Below are positions 59,193-64,000 of a stretch of DNA of 64,000 nt, one piece after another. A model generated the notes under the pieces. It searched no databases, was not told where the DNA came from, and saw only the letters and a list, made by a program, of their open reading frames with translations. Origin of the DNA: Candidatus Gottesmanbacteria bacterium. GTDB lineage: Bacteria > Patescibacteriota > Microgenomatia > UBA10105 > UBA927. The DNA is taken from NCBI GenBank assembly GCA_023245335.1, contig JAHFKK010000001.1, positions 872,019-936,018 on the forward strand, written 5' to 3'. A program made the translations under genes and the position numbers. How positions within the stretch are numbered: position 1 is the first letter of the stretch; each line of letters starts with the position of its first letter.

Positions 59193-60032
59193 TTATATGG
59201 CTGTATACCAGTCCGCCGTAAGCATCAGAATCATGAATACGATCGCAACGACCGCAAAAAATTCCCAAACGGTGCGTTTATAAAGCCGGTCAGATAGATA
59301 CTGTTGGGCCATCCCTACCAGCCCATAAAAACAAGTTGCCAAAAAAAGCGCGAATAATGTCGTCCTGACGGGCCAAAATGAAAATATCCAGGCTATTTCA
59401 CACAAAACAACAGTTATGACGGCGGCCAAATCTCTTACCCGCTTCCCTATCATGGGTTCAAGGTCCATCGCCCATAATATTTGCAGTGTTAAAGGATACG
59501 TCATGACGCCTATGAGAATCCCATTAAAAACTGCGTTTAATCTGTATGCGACAATCGTCTGCGCCAAAAGATAATACGTAATGAGGGTAAGTAAAAATCC
59601 TACGGAATGTGCAGCCCGAAGAAGCGCAATAGTCCTGGCCGCCGCGACATTATAGATATTTTCCGTAAGAAGAAGTGCATACATTCCAACAGCGTAAAGC
59701 ACCGCAACCGGCAGCCTCGTCAACCATCGGGTCGGCAATAAGAAATAAAACACGGCTACAGCCATGGTAAAAAGCGTCGGTAACGTCAAAAGGGTCACCC
59801 ATTCCGTGCCACGTAAGTCCTCCCGCAGACCAAATGCACACAATAAGTACGCGAGGAGAGATAAGACGGCAACCATGGGATACCGCCAATCCAACGGCAC
59901 CAATTGCGTAAACATGAGGACGGCGGTCAAAATCCCCGTAATCACGACAAACTGTTGACGTTTGGTGAAGGCGTTTGCGCGATCCCATCGTTTAAACCAC
60001 TTTGTAACTTTCGAGATAATTGCGATTTTCAT
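59193..60032 (-). CDS. Polytopic membrane protein, hypothetical.
   Basis: 279 aa with about 8 TM helices. Confidence 0.4.
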   Translation of the reverse strand: MKIAIISKVTKWFKRWDRANAFTKRQQFVVITGILTAVLMFTQLVPLDWRYPMVAVLSLLAYLLCAFGLREDLRGTEWVTLLTLPTLFTMAVAVFYFLLPTRWLTRLPVAVLYAVGMYALLLTENIYNVAAARTIALLRAAHSVGFLLTLITYYLLAQTIVAYRLNAVFNGILIGVMTYPLTLQILWAMDLEPMIGKRVRDLAAVITVVLCEIAWIFSFWPVRTTLFALFLATCFYGLVGMAQQYLSDRLYKRTVWEFFAVVAIVFMILMLTADWYTAI

Positions 60033-60047
60033 ATGACTCCTACTCCC

Positions 60048-60767
60048 CTATTCGAGATTACTGAACACTTGTTGTACATCTTCCAATATTTCTAATTCAG
60101 AAATTAAGGTTTCATTTTTTTGCCGGACATCTTCAGTTGGAGTAATGTGGGCGGTGGGTTTCATAATAAGTTCCCAATTATCGACCATCCACCCTGCGGT
60201 CATGAGGTTTTCCCGAACGGACATGAGCGTATGTGCTGACGTATAGACCTCAAACATATCCGTGCGTTCAATGATGTCATCCGCTCCGCTAGAAACCGCC
60301 GCATCCAAAATCGCATCGTACGACTTACCGTTTTTTTCCACAACCAGGACCCCCGCCCGCGCAAACTGAAAACTCACGGCCCCAGGTGATGCCAAGGATC
60401 CGCCGCCCCGGTCAAACTGATGTTTGATATTTGCCGATGTCCGCTGATGATTATCCGTCGCGGCTTCCACGATGATCGCGACCCCGCCCGGTCCGTATCC
60501 TTCGTACATGACCTGCTCATAGGAAGCTCCGCCGGCCGCTGCGGCTTTTTCGATCGCGCGCTCTATGTTTTCTTTGGGCATATTGACGTCATGCGCTTTT
60601 TCGATCGCAAGTCTCAAGTGAAAATTTTTATTCGGATCAGCAATGCCCCCACCCTCGTGGACAGCAACGGTAATAGCACGCGAGGCTCTAGTAAAGGCCG
60701 CACTTTTCACAGCGTCCGTCGTCGCCTTCTGATGTTTCACTTTACTCCATTTGGAATGGCCGCTCAT
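60048..60767 (-). CDS. yebC: YebC/PmpR-family transcriptional regulatory protein.
   Basis: MSGHSKWSKVKHQKATTDAVKSAAFTRASRAITVAV is the canonical YebC N-terminus. Confidence 0.9.
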   Translation of the reverse strand: MSGHSKWSKVKHQKATTDAVKSAAFTRASRAITVAVHEGGGIADPNKNFHLRLAIEKAHDVNMPKENIERAIEKAAAAGGASYEQVMYEGYGPGGVAIIVEAATDNHQRTSANIKHQFDRGGGSLASPGAVSFQFARAGVLVVEKNGKSYDAILDAAVSSGADDIIERTDMFEVYTSAHTLMSVRENLMTAGWMVDNWELIMKPTAHITPTEDVRQKNETLISELEILEDVQQVFSNLE

Positions 60768-60776
60768 AGCCTACTC

Positions 60777-60805
60777 ATTCTATCTTCTATATTGACTTTT
60801 CTCAA
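60777..60805 (-). promoter_or_regulatory. Leaderless-type promoter for yebC (TTGAGA, 17 nt, TAGAAT, 9 nt, ATG).
   Basis: On the minus strand: TTGAGAaaagtcaatatagaagaTAGAATgagtaggctATG. It overlaps the divergent promoter TTGACT...TACACT, which lies 8 nt before the ATG at 60828. Confidence 0.5.
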
Positions 60806-60827
60806 GAAACCGATACACTTTCACCCC

Positions 60828-61526
60828 ATGAGCGATTCTTCAATTTCTGACAGAGACGCGATCGCTGCCGCCCTCCGGCAGGACTGGAAAGAAGCCATCC
60901 GTATAAACGTAGCTCTCCTCAAAGCCGATAAGCAAAATATCAATGTATTAAACCGTTTAGGCTTTGCATACATGCAAAGCGGCCATCTCACTGCCGCAAA
61001 GAAAACATTCCTCAAAGTGACGAAGCTCGACACATATAACCAGATCGCGGTCAAAAATCTCAAAAAACTGAGTAACGTGCGCCAAAAGGATCTTCTGAAA
61101 ACGCCGAAACAGCAGGTTTCTCCTATGTTTTTCCTGGAAGAACCGGGGAAAACCAAAATCGTGGAATGCGTAAACGCCGCGCCTGTTGCGGTACTCTCTA
61201 CCGTATCCCCAGGCGAAGAAGTCATACTTCATGCACGAAATCATGTAGTCGAAATACGAAACGCCCAGAATGCCTATCTCGCGGCTCTTCCGGATGACCT
61301 TTCGTTTCGCCTCATCAAATTTTTTTCCGGCGGCAATACCTATCAGGCGCTCATAAAATCAGTTAAGAAAAATTCCATTTCCGTGTTTATCCGCGAAATG
61401 TCGCGCGGCAAGCGATTTGTCACACAACCATCATTCGCATCGACCGGGATCTACATGCCCTTCGGAGGCACTGAACATGCGGTAACCGGCCAGGATCAGG
61501 AAGAAACGGCGGACGCCGAGGAATGA
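60828..61526 (+). CDS. TPR-like repeat protein, hypothetical.
   Basis: N-terminal TPR-like helices (AIRINVALLKADKQNINVLNRLGFAYMQSGHLTAAKKTF). The longer ORF from 60420 overlaps yebC and was rejected. Confidence 0.4.
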   Translation: MSDSSISDRDAIAAALRQDWKEAIRINVALLKADKQNINVLNRLGFAYMQSGHLTAAKKTFLKVTKLDTYNQIAVKNLKKLSNVRQKDLLKTPKQQVSPMFFLEEPGKTKIVECVNAAPVAVLSTVSPGEEVILHARNHVVEIRNAQNAYLAALPDDLSFRLIKFFSGGNTYQALIKSVKKNSISVFIREMSRGKRFVTQPSFASTGIYMPFGGTEHAVTGQDQEETADAEE

Positions 61527-61547
61527 AAGGAGAAAGAGCCAACCTCG

Positions 61548-62519
61548 TCAGTTTTGAACCGCGAACTGCGTCGCATATTGTTTCCCCAGTAGCACAACGA
61601 TATCTGCCCCGGTGGGATTATCCAACGCGCCTTGCGACTCACCGTTTTTACAGTGAAAATAATCTTTGATAAATTGAGTAGTTTTTGTCACCAACGCCTT
61701 CTGGCTTCCTACGACCGCACAATCTTCCCTCGCGGGATGCGAATTGCCTACAAACAAAAGTTGAATCCCTAACCTGGTCATAAGCCGTGCGGCGTGCTGG
61801 CCGACCGAGGGAATGTCCGTCGTATTGTAGACGGCAACGGAAAGACCTTCGCTTCGGAGCCCGCTATCCAAAAACGCATTGTTCGTGAGGTAATCAAGCC
61901 TACTCTGATCAAGCGCCCTGACGCTACTTCCGTCCGGCAACCCGTGATCTATAAACGCATTCCGTGCGTCAACGGAAACGACTCCGTCGGCAGAAATCGA
62001 CTGTGACGCGGCAACGAACGAGAGCCACACGCCCAACGGGACTGAACTTTTTATCTGATGCGTCAGTATGGCGAGGATACTGCTCCAAGAAAAGAGTCTT
62101 CGTATCATGCTGACGCCGGGTTCGGTAAGTACCTTTGGGTCGCTTGGAACTATATACCAAGAAATCGGCAGGCCGACGGCATCGCTGACGCTTGAGACGA
62201 AAAGCGTGCCGTTTTTGTGATCCAGATCATCGAGTTTAAATAAAGATCCTACAGCATACTTCCCGTAGCCGCTCGTCGCGTCTATGGTGACATCCTGAGG
62301 TATATCTAGGATGGTTATTTGGCTCTTGAGAGCGTTCCAGGATACGACGCGCACGGGATCTCCTACGATGACGACGCTCTGACGGTACGGTGCAGTCCGT
62401 ACAATGCCTTGCATCGAAAAAAACCCAACAAAAATGACACCTATGACAGCCGCTATCCATCCCACGTGTGCAATCGCGCGCTTTCCCTGTCTTTTGTATG
62501 ACGAGGCTTCTTTAGTCAT
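61548..62519 (-). CDS. LytR-CpsA-Psr (LCP)-like cell-envelope protein with a LytR_C-like C-terminal domain.
   Basis: N-terminal TM anchor then an extracytoplasmic LCP-like domain. The C-terminal LSVAVYNTTDIPSVGQHAARLMTRLGIQLLFVGN resembles the LytR C-terminal domain. Confidence 0.45.
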   Translation of the reverse strand: MTKEASSYKRQGKRAIAHVGWIAAVIGVIFVGFFSMQGIVRTAPYRQSVVIVGDPVRVVSWNALKSQITILDIPQDVTIDATSGYGKYAVGSLFKLDDLDHKNGTLFVSSVSDAVGLPISWYIVPSDPKVLTEPGVSMIRRLFSWSSILAILTHQIKSSVPLGVWLSFVAASQSISADGVVSVDARNAFIDHGLPDGSSVRALDQSRLDYLTNNAFLDSGLRSEGLSVAVYNTTDIPSVGQHAARLMTRLGIQLLFVGNSHPAREDCAVVGSQKALVTKTTQFIKDYFHCKNGESQGALDNPTGADIVVLLGKQYATQFAVQN

Positions 62520-62535
62520 GGCAGATTACACCCAA

Positions 62536-62682
62536 TTACCAGTCTTTTTTCGTCTTTTTAATTATCTCGACTTGCGGGACCTGCCACGAACCGCCGGATA
62601 GTTGTTTCTGCGCTTTTTTCTCAAGCGATGATTTCTTTTGTTTCTTTTTCTCGCCTTTATAAAATCCGCCAAATGAACCCAT
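62536..62682 (-). CDS. Unannotated small basic protein (48 aa) with a consensus Shine-Dalgarno.
   Basis: On the minus strand: GGAGGaaatacatATGGGTTCATTTGGCGGATTTTATAAAGGCGAGAAAAAG..., translating to MGSFGGFYKGEKKKQKKSSLEKKAQKQLSGGSWQVPQVEIIKKTKKDW. It falls below the 60-aa cutoff of the ORF track. Confidence 0.4.
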   Translation of the reverse strand: MGSFGGFYKGEKKKQKKSSLEKKAQKQLSGGSWQVPQVEIIKKTKKDW

Positions 62683-62698
62683 ATGTATTTCCTCCTAT

Positions 62699-64000
62699 TC
62701 ACCTATTGTAAAGCCAGCGTTTCTTCAATTCAAGGAACGTCCCATGCTCGATAGACCTTCGAATCTCAAGAACCAACGTGTTGATGTAGTGTATGTTGTG
62801 AATGGTCGCCAATCGGTATCCTAGGAGCTCACGAACCCTGAACAGATGATGGATATACGCGCGCGAAAAATGACGGCAACAGTAACAGGCACAATGCTCA
62901 TCAATCGGCCTTGTATCCTTTTTGTACGTCGCATGGGTTATATCTATTTCGCGCTTGCCCTTTGGATGATTGGGCGCGCTGTATAGCTTCCCCATGCGCG
63001 CGAGGCGGGTGGGCTGCACGCAATCAAATGTATCAATCCCGTGTTCGATAAGTGCAAATATATCGTCTATTTCTCCCACGCCCAGTAGGTGCCGTGGTTT
63101 GGCATCGGGCAGGAAAGGACTCACCCAATCTAGTACATCTACCATTTCTTTCTTGCTCTCCCCGACCGACACACCGCCAATGGCAATGCCATCCGTATCA
63201 AGGTGACTGATAAATTGCGCTGACTCTTTACGCAAATCCTCGTAAACACTTCCCTGCACGACCCCATAGAGCGCCTGATATGGATTGTCATTGCGAGGAG
63301 TTCCCGACGCGGCAATCCCGTCATGCGCGGGCCTGCTTCGCTTCGCCCGCAATGACAGTCGCTTGTGTTCGCTAAGACTCCGTATTGCCCACCGATGCGT
63401 TCTGTTCATGGCTTTGACCGCATATTCATGCGTCGCGGGATATGGCGTACACTCATCAAACGCGATATGGATATCGCTCCCGAGCGTCCACTGATACTGC
63501 ATGGAAGACTCGGGACTGAACCGGTGCTTCGTTCCGTCCCAGTGCGAGGTAAATGTCACCCCGTCTTCGTCGATCGCGACCAGTTCTCCGATCGGTTTAT
63601 AGTCGTCGGGATATATATCGTTCTTCGCATCTTCCCGATGCGACCGGCGCTTGGCAAAACGCTCTCGATCAAGTACTGCGGATTCTGATATGGCGATATT
63701 GATAAGCTTTTTGCCTCCCAAGGAAAATACCTGGAATCCCCCGCTGTCGGTAATGATGGGACCCTGCCAATCCATGAACGTGTGCAATCCGCCGAATTTC
63801 TTGATTACGGTGAGGTCGGGCCGCAAGTACGTGTGGTACGTATTGACGAAAAATAACTGAACACCAAGTGTGCTCAATTCGTCCGGTGTCAATGACTTCA
63901 CCGCAGCTTGAGTACCCACAGGCACGAATGTTGGAGTTTTGATGATCCCATGTGGAGTGATAATTTCACCGATCCGTGCATTACTTTTTTTATCCCTCCT
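62699..64000 (-). CDS. tgt: Queuine tRNA-ribosyltransferase (tRNA-guanine transglycosylase), 5'-partial; the start lies beyond the window end.
   Basis: FVPVGTQAAVK and the zinc site CACYCCRHFSRAYIHHL. The reading frame stays open upstream of 63925 (ARIGEIITPHGIIKTPTF) to the window edge. Confidence 0.85.
   Translation of the reverse strand, partial: RRDKKSNARIGEIITPHGIIKTPTFVPVGTQAAVKSLTPDELSTLGVQLFFVNTYHTYLRPDLTVIKKFGGLHTFMDWQGPIITDSGGFQVFSLGGKKLINIAISESAVLDRERFAKRRSHREDAKNDIYPDDYKPIGELVAIDEDGVTFTSHWDGTKHRFSPESSMQYQWTLGSDIHIAFDECTPYPATHEYAVKAMNRTHRWAIRSLSEHKRLSLRAKRSRPAHDGIAASGTPRNDNPYQALYGVVQGSVYEDLRKESAQFISHLDTDGIAIGGVSVGESKKEMVDVLDWVSPFLPDAKPRHLLGVGEIDDIFALIEHGIDTFDCVQPTRLARMGKLYSAPNHPKGKREIDITHATYKKDTRPIDEHCACYCCRHFSRAYIHHLFRVRELLGYRLATIHNIHYINTLVLEIRRSIEHGTFLELKKRWLYNR

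Noticed and set aside
60420-60827. 136-aa N-terminal extension of the TPR-protein ORF overlapping yebC.
   Set aside because: It overlaps the well-supported yebC gene. A leaderless-type promoter and a clean Met start (MSDSSISDRD) sit at 60828.

Overview
Bacterial chromosomal window, about 50% GC, densely coded. The gene content (sortase, type IV pili without a secretin, several GT-C-like membrane proteins, reduced tRNA synthetases) suggests a small-genome monoderm lineage such as Patescibacteria/CPR; this is an inference, not established. Gene order along the window: (1) GT-C-like integral membrane proteins, a membrane-anchored glycoside-hydrolase-like protein, and a sortase with an LAxTG-type substrate. 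(2) The conserved thrS-infC-rpmI-rplT-pheS-pheT cluster. Here pheS carries an N-terminal AlaX-like editing domain and pheT lacks the B2/EMAP tRNA-binding domain. (3) A class A PBP, tyrS, recG, rpmF, nusB, rnc, rpsP, a KH-domain gene and trmD. (4) A roughly 20 kb type IV pilus locus on the minus strand (pilMNO, PilX-like gene, large surface proteins, four tandem prepilins, pilD, pilA, pilC, pilT, pilB). It is interrupted by an IS200/RAYT-type HUH transposase flanked by inverted copies of a 33-bp REP-like palindromic element (four copies in the window), a YfhO-like protein and a DUF2723/TPR protein. (5) holB, gyrB, a membrane H+-pyrophosphatase, gyrA, two SIMPL paralogs flanking an SRPBCC gene and folD. 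(6) A convergent C39-like peptidase, a Ddl-family ATP-grasp ligase and a CPBP protease, then a Xer-like tyrosine recombinase. (7) A 1.3 kb noncoding region with degenerate iterons and one perfect DnaA box, then yebC, an LCP-family gene and a 5'-partial tgt. A recurring leaderless promoter architecture (-35, 17 nt, -10, 8-9 nt, ATG) is visible at several genes. No rRNA, tRNA or CRISPR array was found. Coordinates for hand-derived sites may be off by 1-2 nt.
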